A DNA stretch of 36,367 bases from an uncultured Terricaulis sp. (GTDB lineage Bacteria; Pseudomonadota; Alphaproteobacteria; Caulobacterales; Aquidulcibacteraceae), in assembly GCA_964423825.1 (NCBI GenBank), contig CAYRHK010000001.1, positions 1-36,367 on the forward strand. The letters run 5' to 3'. Below are positions 26,501-35,684 of this stretch, piece after piece. The notes under the pieces were generated by a model. That model had not been told where the DNA came from. It saw nothing but the letters and a program-made list of their open reading frames with translations, and searched no databases. The position numbers and the translations under genes are program-made. The first letter of the stretch is position 1, and each line of letters begins with the position of its first letter.

Positions 26501-27541
26501 CTAGGCGCCGTCAGGCCACCATCCAGCGAGATCGCCTGCAGCATAGTGCTCACCGCCAGCTTGCGCGGGCAAAGCGGCTTTGGCGCGCCGCAGCGCATGG
26601 GTCGCGCCGGCGCCGAGTGTCTTCTTCAGTTGCAGCTTCCACCACGCCGGCTGCTTGCGCAAATCGCCGAGCAATTCGCTCGCTAGCGCCAAGGCGTCGG
26701 CGTGAGCGGCGTCATCCACGGCATAAGTCCAGTTGGCGACCGCAAGCGCGTCAAGTCCGACTCGACGGCGCTTCTCGGCGAGCAGACTGGCAAGCGCTGG
26801 CAACTGCGCCAAATACCCATTCACGAAGTGCCCGAGCGTCTCGATGACCACGCGGCGGTCGCCAAGTGGGCCGCGTTGCCACTGATGCGACAGGTTTGAG
26901 GCGTGGATGCGATAGAGCCCTTGCGGCGCATTGATGACGCCGACCTTGCCGCGCGCGCCGATGCGCAGCCACATGTCCAGATCCGAAGTGTAGGGAAACG
27001 CCGGATCGTAGCCGCCAACCGCGTGCTGCACGCTCGTGCGCACGATCGCGGTTGGGGTGAAAATGAAGTTGCCGCGCGCGAACAGGCTCTTGATGAAGTC
27101 GAGGCCGTCGAGCACGCGCGTCTCGGCCTCGCCGACATCGGCAGGCTGCGGCAAGGCCGCGCCTTCGCCCATGATTTGCGCCAGGCCCCACGTGAGCCCG
27201 ATGTCTGGATTAGCGTCCATGAGTTTGGTTGCGCGCGCTAGTGCGCCCGGCGTCAGCCCGTCATCGGCTGAAAGCAGCAGCACGTAGTCGGCGCGTGCCC
27301 ACTCGATGACGCCCCGGTTCGAGGTCCCGATCAGGCGCAGGTTCTTTTCGTTGCGCGTGTAGATGACGCGCGGGTCGGCCGCGGCGAGCGACTCGCCGAC
27401 CTCTGGTGTGTTGTCCGGGGATTGGTCGTCGACAATCAGCACCCGCACATCGACATCGCGCTGCGACAGGATGCTGGCGACGCACCCTGGCAGGTAGTGC
27501 GCGTAATTGTAGCACGGAACGACGACGTCCACGGAGCTCAT
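26501..27541 (-). CDS. GT2 glycosyltransferase
   Basis: VDVVVPCYNY, IVDDQSPD, LLSADD and SDLDMWLR. Confidence 0.9.
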   Translation of the reverse strand: MSSVDVVVPCYNYAHYLPGCVASILSQRDVDVRVLIVDDQSPDNTPEVGESLAAADPRVIYTRNEKNLRLIGTSNRGVIEWARADYVLLLSADDGLTPGALARATKLMDANPDIGLTWGLAQIMGEGAALPQPADVGEAETRVLDGLDFIKSLFARGNFIFTPTAIVRTSVQHAVGGYDPAFPYTSDLDMWLRIGARGKVGVINAPQGLYRIHASNLSHQWQRGPLGDRRVVIETLGHFVNGYLAQLPALASLLAEKRRRVGLDALAVANWTYAVDDAAHADALALASELLGDLRKQPAWWKLQLKKTLGAGATHALRRAKAALPAQAGGEHYAAGDLAGWWPDGA

Positions 27542-27550
27542 GACGCGTCC

Positions 27551-28669
27551 CTAGTTGAGCGCAGTCAGAAGCGCGTCCGCGACTTGGCTCTGCTCATCGT
27601 CGGTGAGTCCCACGAACAGCGGCAGCAGCAGCGTTTCCGCCACTGCACGATCGGTCTCCGGCAGTTCGGCGCCGAGCGCAATTTCTTGAAAGTAGGGCTG
27701 CTGGTGGATGCCGATGATGCGCCGCGTCGCCACGCCCTTCGCGCCCATCGCGGCCATTACGTCGTACTGCTTGTAGTGCGGCTTAAGGCGCACGCAGTAG
27801 GATTGGTAAATGTGTTTGTACCCATCGGGTTCGTAGGGAAGCTCTATGCTGTTGCTGGCGCCCAAGAGTTCGCGATAACGCCCCGCGAGCCGCCGCCGCT
27901 CCGCGAGGAAGCCTTCCAGCTTCCCCATCTGAACGACGCCCATCGCCGACTGGAAGTCGGTCATTTTGTAATTGTAGCCAAGCTCTGTGTAGCCTTCGAG
28001 CACGACCCCTGTGGACGTGTGCCGCGTCAGCGTCGACACCGAAGCCGAGTGCGCACGCAGATTGCGGATGCGCGTCGCCCAGTCTTCGTTGTCGGTGCAG
28101 ATCACGCCGCCTTCGCCGGTTGTGAGCACCTTGCGCGCATCGAAGCTGAACACGGTGATGTCGCTGATCGCGCCGACCTTGCGTCCGCCGACCTCGGCGC
28201 CCAAAGAGGGGGCTGCGTCTTCCAGCACAGGCAAGTTGTGGCGGCGCGCGATTTCCAAGATTTGTGGCAAGTCCGCCGCCAAGCCGATTTGGCTCACGGC
28301 CATGATGGCCTTGGTACGGGGCGTGATCAAAGCTTCGATCTTGTCGGGATCAAGGTTGTACGTGCGCGGATCGATATCGACGAATACGGGCTTGGCGCCC
28401 GCGAACAGCACGGCGTTGGCGGTCGCGATGAAGCTGAAAGATGGGCAGATTACCTCGTCGCCCGGCCCAACACCGAGCGCGATCAGCGCCAGATGCAGGC
28501 CGGTCGTGCAACTCGACACCGCCACCGCATGTTTGGCCCCGACATAATCAGCCACCAAGCGCTCGAACGCCTCGGTGCGCTTGCCGACCGCAATCCAGCC
28601 GGACTTGATCACCTCGGCTGCGGCGTTGGCTTCTTCATCGCCAATGCTCAGGCGGCTAATCGGGATCAT
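27551..28669 (-). CDS. DegT/DnrJ/EryC1/StrS PLP-dependent NDP-sugar aminotransferase
   Basis: SSCTTGLHLAL, GPGDEVICPSFSFIATAN, EDAAPSLG, SFDARKVLTTGEGG (PLP Lys) and GYNYKMTD. ATG 28669 after GAGAGG. Confidence 0.93.
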   Translation of the reverse strand: MIPISRLSIGDEEANAAAEVIKSGWIAVGKRTEAFERLVADYVGAKHAVAVSSCTTGLHLALIALGVGPGDEVICPSFSFIATANAVLFAGAKPVFVDIDPRTYNLDPDKIEALITPRTKAIMAVSQIGLAADLPQILEIARRHNLPVLEDAAPSLGAEVGGRKVGAISDITVFSFDARKVLTTGEGGVICTDNEDWATRIRNLRAHSASVSTLTRHTSTGVVLEGYTELGYNYKMTDFQSAMGVVQMGKLEGFLAERRRLAGRYRELLGASNSIELPYEPDGYKHIYQSYCVRLKPHYKQYDVMAAMGAKGVATRRIIGIHQQPYFQEIALGAELPETDRAVAETLLLPLFVGLTDDEQSQVADALLTALN

Positions 28670-28674
28670 GGATT

Positions 28675-29280
28675 CTATTGCCTCTCTGTTTGAACGTTCC
28701 GCCAAGTCGTCTCGCCTGAGACGCGGAACGGCTGGCCCTCGCTGTACTGCTGCAAGCTGACGCCGCGCGTGGCGTCCTTCTCCGATAAGATCGGATCGGC
28801 GATCGGCCAGGCGATGGCGATTGTGGGATCGTTCCAGGTGATGACGCTATCAGCGGCTGGATTGTGAAAGTCCGAACACTTGTATTGGACTTCGGCGGTG
28901 TCGCTCAGCACCGCGAAGCCGTGCCCAAACTGCGGCGGGATCAGCAATTGATGCCGGTTTTCCGCAGTGAGTTCGGCGCCGATCCAGCGACCGAAGGTCG
29001 GGGAACCAACCCGCAGGTCTACCACCACGTCGAGCACTGCGCCGACTGTGCAACGAACTAGCCGTACCTGCGGGCCATGCGTGTTCTGAAAGTGCAGCCC
29101 GCGCACCACGCCCCTGGTCGAGCGAGAATGATTGTCCTGGACAAAGTCGATATCGAGCCCGCGCTCGGCGAAGCGGCGCTTGCTATAGCTCTCGAAAAAG
29201 AAGCCGCGCTGATCCTCGAACGCTCTCGGCTTTATCAGCAGAACGCCTTCGAGGTCAGTCGTGTGAACCGTGATGTCCAC
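28675..29280 (-). CDS. rmlC: dTDP-4-dehydrorhamnose 3,5-epimerase
   Basis: DQRGFFFE, QDNHSRS, RGLHFQ, DVVVDLRVGSPTFGRW, HGF, YKC and LSEKD. Confidence 0.93.
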   Translation of the reverse strand: MDITVHTTDLEGVLLIKPRAFEDQRGFFFESYSKRRFAERGLDIDFVQDNHSRSTRGVVRGLHFQNTHGPQVRLVRCTVGAVLDVVVDLRVGSPTFGRWIGAELTAENRHQLLIPPQFGHGFAVLSDTAEVQYKCSDFHNPAADSVITWNDPTIAIAWPIADPILSEKDATRGVSLQQYSEGQPFRVSGETTWRNVQTERQ

Positions 29281-29469
29281 TTGTCGCCACCTTTGCCCAT
29301 CGCCCGACGCGAACGACGCCGGTAGCAGACCGCCCGTTAACCGTAAACCTGCACGAACGCAGGGCCGCCGCGCGCTTTCCCGCGTTACGCAAGTTCCGTA
29401 CCGATGCGGAACGGGCTTTGCATTGGACTAACCTTGCCACGGCGGATAAATCGTGTGCAGGGACGCGGC

Positions 29470-30270
29470 ATGAATTCGCAGCTGAAGGCGCTGGCAAAAC
29501 GTGCAGGACTGCGACGTGAGACGGTCGCGGCCGCCCGCATGCTGGTTGAGCGCCAAGCATTGGCCCTAACCAATCCTCACCGCAGCCGCGACCGTGGCCG
29601 CATCCTTTGCTACCATTCCGTTGGGCAACCCAGTTCTGGGACAAACGACGTGTCCCCCAACGCGTTTCGCGCTCAACTCGATTGGGCTCTGGCTGCCGGT
29701 TACGAATTTGTACCGGCATCTGAAATCGCCAGCGCCGGGGGCGGGCCGAACCAGCTAGCCATCACTTTCGACGATGCTTGGTCCAGCGTGCTGACGACTG
29801 CGGCGCCTCTGCTCAGGGATCGCGCCATACCCTGGACGGTCTTTGTTGTATCAGATTGGAGCAGCCATCCTTGGGCTTGGGCTCAGGAACGCTTCATCCA
29901 TTGGCGTGATCTGGCTCGCCTCGGTGACTTCGGCGGCGAAATCGGCAGCCACTCCGCCACCCATCCAGATTTCGCAAAACTGTCGCAGGACCAAGTTCGT
30001 GACGAGTTGGAGCGGTCGCGCGCAGTCATTCAGCGAGAGCTTGGCTTCGCGCCCACCCAATTCGCCATCCCCTTTGGTCAATCGATGAACTGGCCGGCGT
30101 CTGCGCATGCCGCTGCGCTCGCCGCTGGCTACGAGATCATCTACGCTCAGGCCGAGGAGACGCGCCCACCCGGCACGGCGGGACGCACGTTTGTAACTCA
30201 ATTCGACGACCTGCGACTTTTTCGCGCCGCGCTGCATGGCGCCTTCGATCGTTGGGAGGAGTGGGTTTGA
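29470..30270 (+). CDS. Polysaccharide deacetylase (CE4/NodB family)
   Basis: ILCYHSV, ITFDDA, EIGSHSATHP and AIPFG. ATG 29470. Confidence 0.88.
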   Translation: MNSQLKALAKRAGLRRETVAAARMLVERQALALTNPHRSRDRGRILCYHSVGQPSSGTNDVSPNAFRAQLDWALAAGYEFVPASEIASAGGGPNQLAITFDDAWSSVLTTAAPLLRDRAIPWTVFVVSDWSSHPWAWAQERFIHWRDLARLGDFGGEIGSHSATHPDFAKLSQDQVRDELERSRAVIQRELGFAPTQFAIPFGQSMNWPASAHAAALAAGYEIIYAQAEETRPPGTAGRTFVTQFDDLRLFRAALHGAFDRWEEWV

Positions 30271-31220
30271 CGCCTGCTCCTCTGCGAATTTCCGTTGTTG
30301 TGCCCACACACAATCGCCCCGCGTTTCTCCGTGCGGCGCTCGCAAGCATTCGCGCGGCCGAAGCTGAGGATCTGCACCTCGAAATTCTGGTCGGTGATAA
30401 TGGCGACAATCCCGAAACGGTTGCAGCCGTCGCCGAGTTCGGCGCGCGTCACTTGCCAACGCGCGCGCCGGGCGCCTCTGGCGGACGTAATGTCTGCCTT
30501 CGGGCCGCAACCGGCGACTACATCGCATTCCTGGACGATGATGATGTCTGGCTGCCGGGGCATCTGCGGCCGCACCTCGCACTGCTCGACGCCCGCCCCG
30601 ATCTGGATGCCGTCTTCAGTCAGCGTGTCTGGACCGACCCTGAACTCAACCCCGTCGCGCCGCCAAATCCGAGCGACGACCCCGGGGAGGGCTCTGAGCT
30701 CTTGCGCCGCTTGCTGAGCGGCCTGTTTCCGCAACTGGGCACCCTTGTAGTGCGCGCAAGCGCCGTGTCTTACACAGGATTACTCGACGAAAGGCTTGCA
30801 GGCGGCGAGGATCTGGACTGGGTGTTGCGCTTCGCGCGCCGCAACAAACTCGGTTTCGTCCCGCACGTGAGCAACTATGTGCGCGGACGGCAGAATGGAA
30901 CTTATGACCATCTGCAGCTGACGCGCCTTGGCTACGACCGTTTGGTGTTCTTGCGCCATGCGATCAGCGAATGGCGCGTCTGGCGCTCTCCTCTTGAGTT
31001 CGCTCGCGCGTACAGCGCGAGCATTGATCACTTTTTCGGCTATTTCGAGAAAGCCGCGCGGGAACGAGCGGCTTGGGGAAACCGGAGAGGCGCTGCAGCG
31101 GCCCTCTGGGGCGCGTTCCAAGTGTTGCCGTTGCGCGCGATGCACAACATGCTTGCCGATCGACCATTGCGGCACGCTGTGGTGGCGATTATCGACAAGA
31201 CAGTTAGACGCAGAGGGTGA
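30267..31220 (+). CDS. GT2 glycosyltransferase (paralog A)
   Basis: ISVVVPTHNRP, VGDNG, AFLDDDDVW and GGEDLDW. TTG start overlaps the deacetylase TGA, with a GGAGGAG RBS. Confidence 0.9.
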   Translation: MTPAPLRISVVVPTHNRPAFLRAALASIRAAEAEDLHLEILVGDNGDNPETVAAVAEFGARHLPTRAPGASGGRNVCLRAATGDYIAFLDDDDVWLPGHLRPHLALLDARPDLDAVFSQRVWTDPELNPVAPPNPSDDPGEGSELLRRLLSGLFPQLGTLVVRASAVSYTGLLDERLAGGEDLDWVLRFARRNKLGFVPHVSNYVRGRQNGTYDHLQLTRLGYDRLVFLRHAISEWRVWRSPLEFARAYSASIDHFFGYFEKAARERAAWGNRRGAAAALWGAFQVLPLRAMHNMLADRPLRHAVVAIIDKTVRRRG

Positions 31221-31227
31221 CGCCGGC

Positions 31228-32274
31228 ATGTCGGGAGTGGAGGGTCAAAATGCAGTCGCCCTTCCGACATCCGGGGCGCTCGCGGATGCCAAGCGCGGCG
31301 AGGAGGGCGTGCTTGCCGCACAAGGACCCTATGTCGACCCTCTTGAAGCGCCGCCGCCCGATCGCTCGGGGTGGGACGACCTGCGCCGCACCGTATTTGA
31401 CGGCCCCGCCACGACAGCATTCGTCGCGGTGCTGCGCCTGGGCGACCTGGATGTGCGCGCCTCGATCTTGGACGATCTCGCACAATACCATCAGCTCTCG
31501 CCCGAAGAATGCCGGCAGCGCTGCATCCATTGGGAAAAGTGGAGCGTTGACGAGTGGCGCGCCGGCGACCGCTCTACCCCGGAGGGCATCCAGGCGTTCT
31601 ACGACTCGGTGGAGTCATGGGCGTTCGATCTTCTGTGGCACGCCTATCTAGAGACGACCGGCCATGCGTTTCCGCAGGCGCAGCTGGCGGCGCATCTAGC
31701 CAAACAGGTCCATCCCGCCGCCAAGAGCCACCTCGACTTTGGATCGGGCGCCGGGGTTCTCAGCCAGCTGTTTGATCGCTTCGGTTACCGGAGCGCAAGC
31801 GCCGACATCTGCGCGCCGCTGCTCAAGTTCGCACGCTGGCGCGCCGAGCGGCACGATCAGACCATCAGCTTCATCGACCTCAGGACCGAAGCTCTTCCCG
31901 ACAGCGCGTTTGACATGGTGACCGCGATCGACACTCTGGTGCACGTCGACAACCTCGGCGTCGCACTCGCCAGCTTGCATCGGGCAATACGACCTGATGG
32001 TTGGCTGATCGCCAATTTCGACGTGCGCTCTACGGAGGATGACGCCAGCGCCTGGCATCTGCACAATGACGAACTGGCGCTTGACCGCCAACTCAAGAAA
32101 GCCGGCTTTGTCTATCGCCTCGCGGCCTACAATCTCCGCTGCTACCAACGTCTGGATCGCCAATCGCGCGCGTACCAGTGGAGCGAAGCCGCTGAACTAG
32201 TCCGCTATCCGTTACGCAGGCTGAAGCGCCGGGTGCGTCAATTGTTTTCTCAAGCGCAGGCGACGCAGGCATGA
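31228..32274 (+). CDS. Class I SAM-dependent methyltransferase
   Basis: Motif I HLDFGSGAG, ADI, FDMVTAIDTLVHV and IRPDGWL. ATG 31228. Confidence 0.88.
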   Translation: MSGVEGQNAVALPTSGALADAKRGEEGVLAAQGPYVDPLEAPPPDRSGWDDLRRTVFDGPATTAFVAVLRLGDLDVRASILDDLAQYHQLSPEECRQRCIHWEKWSVDEWRAGDRSTPEGIQAFYDSVESWAFDLLWHAYLETTGHAFPQAQLAAHLAKQVHPAAKSHLDFGSGAGVLSQLFDRFGYRSASADICAPLLKFARWRAERHDQTISFIDLRTEALPDSAFDMVTAIDTLVHVDNLGVALASLHRAIRPDGWLIANFDVRSTEDDASAWHLHNDELALDRQLKKAGFVYRLAAYNLRCYQRLDRQSRAYQWSEAAELVRYPLRRLKRRVRQLFSQAQATQA

Positions 32275-33242
32275 GCGCCGAATCCGCGACGCGCATCTCC
32301 GTGATCGTGCCCACGCGCAATCGCCCCGCGCTCCTGCGCGAAGCGCTGGAGAGTATCCGTCGGCTGGAGCGCGACGGCCTCGTGTTTGAAATCCTGGTCG
32401 GCGACAATGGCGATGATCCGCATACGCACGAGGTGGCGACCGAATTCGGCGCTCTCCACTTGCGCGCCGCCAAGGTAGGGGCTGCGGCAGCGCGAAACGT
32501 TTGCTTAGGCGCGGTAACGGGAGGCTACGTCGCCTTCCTCGATGACGACGATGTTTGGCTGGAAGGCCACCTTATCCCCCATCTGGCGCTGCTTCGCGCG
32601 CGCCCGGACCTTGAGGCGGTGTTCAGCCAACGGGTTTGGGCAGACACCGAGTTGCGCCCAGTGGCGGAGCCTGACCCCTCTGCCGATCCGGGGCAAGGCA
32701 AGGAGCTGCTGCGCAACATGATCGGCGGCGTCATTCCGCAGCTAGGCACCATGCTGGTGCGTACAAGCGCGCTTGGCGACGTCGGTTTATTCGATGAAGC
32801 GCTGATCGGCGGCCAGGATTGGGACTGGACACTACGCTTCGCCCGCCGCGAGACATTGGGCTACGTGCCACACCTCAGCAACATCGTGCGCGGTCGCGCG
32901 CCCGGTACCTACAATACCCTTCAGTTCTCCCGCCTGCGCTATGATTGGCGCATCTTCCTTCGCCATGTGGTGGCCAACTGGCGCGTCTGGCGCTCACCGT
33001 TTGAAGTGATGCGAGCTTATCGCCGCAGCTTCGGTCACTACTTTAGTTACTTCGAAGAGGCCGCGCTCGCGCTCTCTGAGAAGGGCGACAGAGCCGGAGT
33101 GGTCGCCGCCATCTGGGGTGCGTTTCGAGTTTTTCCGCTGCGGGCCACGCACAACACGACGGCGAATCGTCCACTGCGGCAATCGCTACTCAAAGTGCTT
33201 CGCCGGGCGCGGGAGAACTCCGTGTCGGAAGCGAGCAACTGA
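32271..33242 (+). CDS. GT2 glycosyltransferase (paralog B)
   Basis: ISVIVPTRNRP, VGDNG, AFLDDDDVW and GGQDWDW. Colinear with paralog A; ATGA overlap with the methyltransferase. Confidence 0.9.
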   Translation: MSAESATRISVIVPTRNRPALLREALESIRRLERDGLVFEILVGDNGDDPHTHEVATEFGALHLRAAKVGAAAARNVCLGAVTGGYVAFLDDDDVWLEGHLIPHLALLRARPDLEAVFSQRVWADTELRPVAEPDPSADPGQGKELLRNMIGGVIPQLGTMLVRTSALGDVGLFDEALIGGQDWDWTLRFARRETLGYVPHLSNIVRGRAPGTYNTLQFSRLRYDWRIFLRHVVANWRVWRSPFEVMRAYRRSFGHYFSYFEEAALALSEKGDRAGVVAAIWGAFRVFPLRATHNTTANRPLRQSLLKVLRRARENSVSEASN

Positions 33243-33288
33243 ATGGTGCGGCTTCACGCGCTTGCGCAATTGGTTCGTCGCTGAAGTG

Positions 33289-34653
33289 TCAGCTCGGCGA
33301 CTGTCGAGTGCCGCTCGGGTAGAGACGACGCATCAAGGGGCCGCAAATTCTGTCGAAGGAGGCCCTCTCCTGTTCAGTCCACGCGGCGGCGGAGTGCTTA
33401 TCATAGTGGGCTTCATTGGTTCCTCTCACGAGGATATCCACGGGCTCTAGGCCTAGAAACTTCTGTAACGCGATCGCAGCCGAGCTGTTGAAGTCCTCAA
33501 GACGCAAGGTGTAGCGCAGCGGTTCAGGGAGGCGGCCTAGGTCTCGCTCAATGACTTCGTTGACGTGGGTCCAATACCAGCAATTCTTCTCAAAAGCCGT
33601 CATTGACGCCCAGTCCGCCGCCGTCACAGATCCACACAAGTCGCCGCGAATGCGGTTCTCGTGATAGTACCAATCGATGTTTTTCCACACTGGATGGTCG
33701 GGCCCCGCATACCAGCTTCGACCTACAGTCGACGCGACAACCGCCCTCGCCTCGCGCATCATCCAGACGAATTTCGCGGTAGGAATGATCTCATGAAGGA
33801 TCGGAGTCAGGTTGAAGAGTTTTAGGTCTGAGAAAACATAGACAACGTCTTTGCTGTATACCGATGTCTGCAGCAACAATTGCGTCAGCTTGTCCTTCAT
33901 CTCTGCGGCGCTGAGCGCGCCGTGAGCAAAGTCGGTTGACCACTTTATCAGCTGCATATGGGCTTCATGCTTAGCGTCAACCTTGGGGTGTTGGTTGAGC
34001 GCAGCTGCGATGGTCGTACTGCCCGCCCTTCCGGTTGTCAGCACAAAGCAAATAGAGGGGGAGCGTTCGTCGCCGCGCTTGAATTGTAAGGCTGAACTCG
34101 CAGCGGTTTGCCGCGCACGCAGTTCCTCATAAGCTCCCAGCGGTCGCTCGCCAGTGACGCGCGCCGGTTGTGCGCCCATCACCGCCCTCGCAGGAACATC
34201 GGCGCAAACGACGGCGCTTGGTCCCACAATTGCGCCTTCGCCGATGGTCACGCCGGGCAGAACGACAGCGTTACGCCCGATTGTAACGTTGCGCTCGATC
34301 ACCACTTGGCGCCATGTCTGCCTTTGAGGCAACGATGCGTCGCTCCCCTGGTGGGGTTCGGTTGTGTAGATCGCGACCCCATCGGAGATGTGCACGTTGT
34401 CTTGGATCTGCAGGCCGCCTTGAGCCTGAATGAAGACCCCCCGACCCATTTGGATATTGTTGCCCAGCGCTATCGCCCGAGGATCGACTATTTCTGCGCT
34501 AGGGTCGATAATCACATTGTCGCCAATGGACTGAAACGCCGCTCGAACTCGCGCTTGTTGGTCGGCGAGTCGGCTGCGTCGAGCGCGATCCAGCAATTCC
34601 GCAAGACTCGCGAGCGCCCGGACCAATACGTTCTTCAAGCCACCGCTCGCCAC
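33289..34653 (-). CDS. Fusion of a hexapeptide (LbH) acyltransferase and a PAPS-dependent sulfotransferase-like domain
   Basis: N-half: IGDNVII, LGNNIQMG, IQDNVHIS and IERNVTIGRNAVVLPGVTIGEGAIVG. C-half: VLTTGRAGSTT (5'-PSB-like), LNQHP, HE, KFVWMMREARAVVAS (3'-PB-like) and LRLEDF. Confidence 0.8.
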   Translation of the reverse strand: MASGGLKNVLVRALASLAELLDRARRSRLADQQARVRAAFQSIGDNVIIDPSAEIVDPRAIALGNNIQMGRGVFIQAQGGLQIQDNVHISDGVAIYTTEPHQGSDASLPQRQTWRQVVIERNVTIGRNAVVLPGVTIGEGAIVGPSAVVCADVPARAVMGAQPARVTGERPLGAYEELRARQTAASSALQFKRGDERSPSICFVLTTGRAGSTTIAAALNQHPKVDAKHEAHMQLIKWSTDFAHGALSAAEMKDKLTQLLLQTSVYSKDVVYVFSDLKLFNLTPILHEIIPTAKFVWMMREARAVVASTVGRSWYAGPDHPVWKNIDWYYHENRIRGDLCGSVTAADWASMTAFEKNCWYWTHVNEVIERDLGRLPEPLRYTLRLEDFNSSAAIALQKFLGLEPVDILVRGTNEAHYDKHSAAAWTEQERASFDRICGPLMRRLYPSGTRQSPS

Positions 34654-34685
34654 AGCGTTCTCCCAACTTTGGTGTTACTCGCTAG

Positions 34686-35684
34686 TCAGCGCGGCAGGTC
34701 CCAATTGCGCGCGTTGTCTTCGAGCAGCGCCGCCGGATCGGAGTAAGTATCGCGGAACCAGGCGATGTAGCGCCCGATGCCGTCTGCGAACGACACTTTC
34801 GGTGTGAACCCGATCAGCGCACTCGCCTTCTTGGTGTCGGCGATCAGAGCTTGGATGTCGCCGGGGCGATCGGGTGCGAATTCGAGCGCCACATCGTTGC
34901 GCCCGCATTGTTGAATGATCTCCGCCGCCACCTCGCGCACCGAAACCGCACGGCCCCAGCCAAGATTGATGGTGTCGCCGATGAGCCTTTCGTTCCCCGC
35001 CGCACGCCACAGGCCGTCCGCGGTGTCGGTTACATAGGTGAAGTCGCGCCCCTGGCTGCCGTCGCCGAACACGATCGGCGCGCGCCCGTTAAGCACGCGA
35101 ATGACGAACCGCGGGATCACCTCCGCCAGGACGCCATGATCGTGCTCGCGCGGGCCGAACGCATTGAACGGGCGCACGACCGAAGTCGCCATGCCGTAGG
35201 TGCGCCAATAAGCCAACGTGTAGAGTTCGCCGGCGAGCTTGGCGCCGCCATAAACCGTGGTCGGCGCGCACACCGAACCGTCTTCGCTGAGCGCACCGGT
35301 CGAGGCGTTGCCGTAAACCTCAGACGAGGAGCAATACACGAAGCGCTTCACGCCCGCGCGGCGCGCCGCCTCCAGCGTCATCAGCGTGCCGGTGGCGTTG
35401 ATGTGGTGGTTGCTGACGGGGTCGCCGATCGATTTGCGCACGCACTCGACCGCGAGATGGAAGACGCATTCGACGTCGTCCATGGCCCTAGCAAGGTCGG
35501 CTTCGTGGAGGATCGAGCCTTCGATCAATGTTGCTTTGCCGCTCGCGAGCGCCGCTTCGATATTGCGGCGTTTGCCGGAGGCGAAATTGTCGAGGATGAT
35601 AACTTCATGGCCTTCCGCGACGATGCGGTCGGCCAGATGGCTGCCGATGAACCCGGCGCCGCCGGTGACGAGATAGCGAGTCAT
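34686..35684 (-). CDS. NAD-dependent NDP-sugar epimerase/dehydratase (extended SDR)
   Basis: [23 protein letters not shown] (YxxxK), RPFNAFGP and [12 protein letters not shown]. Confidence 0.93.
   Translation of the reverse strand: MTRYLVTGGAGFIGSHLADRIVAEGHEVIILDNFASGKRRNIEAALASGKATLIEGSILHEADLARAMDDVECVFHLAVECVRKSIGDPVSNHHINATGTLMTLEAARRAGVKRFVYCSSSEVYGNASTGALSEDGSVCAPTTVYGGAKLAGELYTLAYWRTYGMATSVVRPFNAFGPREHDHGVLAEVIPRFVIRVLNGRAPIVFGDGSQGRDFTYVTDTADGLWRAAGNERLIGDTINLGWGRAVSVREVAAEIIQQCGRNDVALEFAPDRPGDIQALIADTKKASALIGFTPKVSFADGIGRYIAWFRDTYSDPAALLEDNARNWDLPR

Noticed and set aside
27422-28693. 423-aa plus-strand ORF
   Set aside because: Antisense shadow of the well-supported DegT aminotransferase. 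No motifs; long shadow ORFs are expected in GC-rich DNA.
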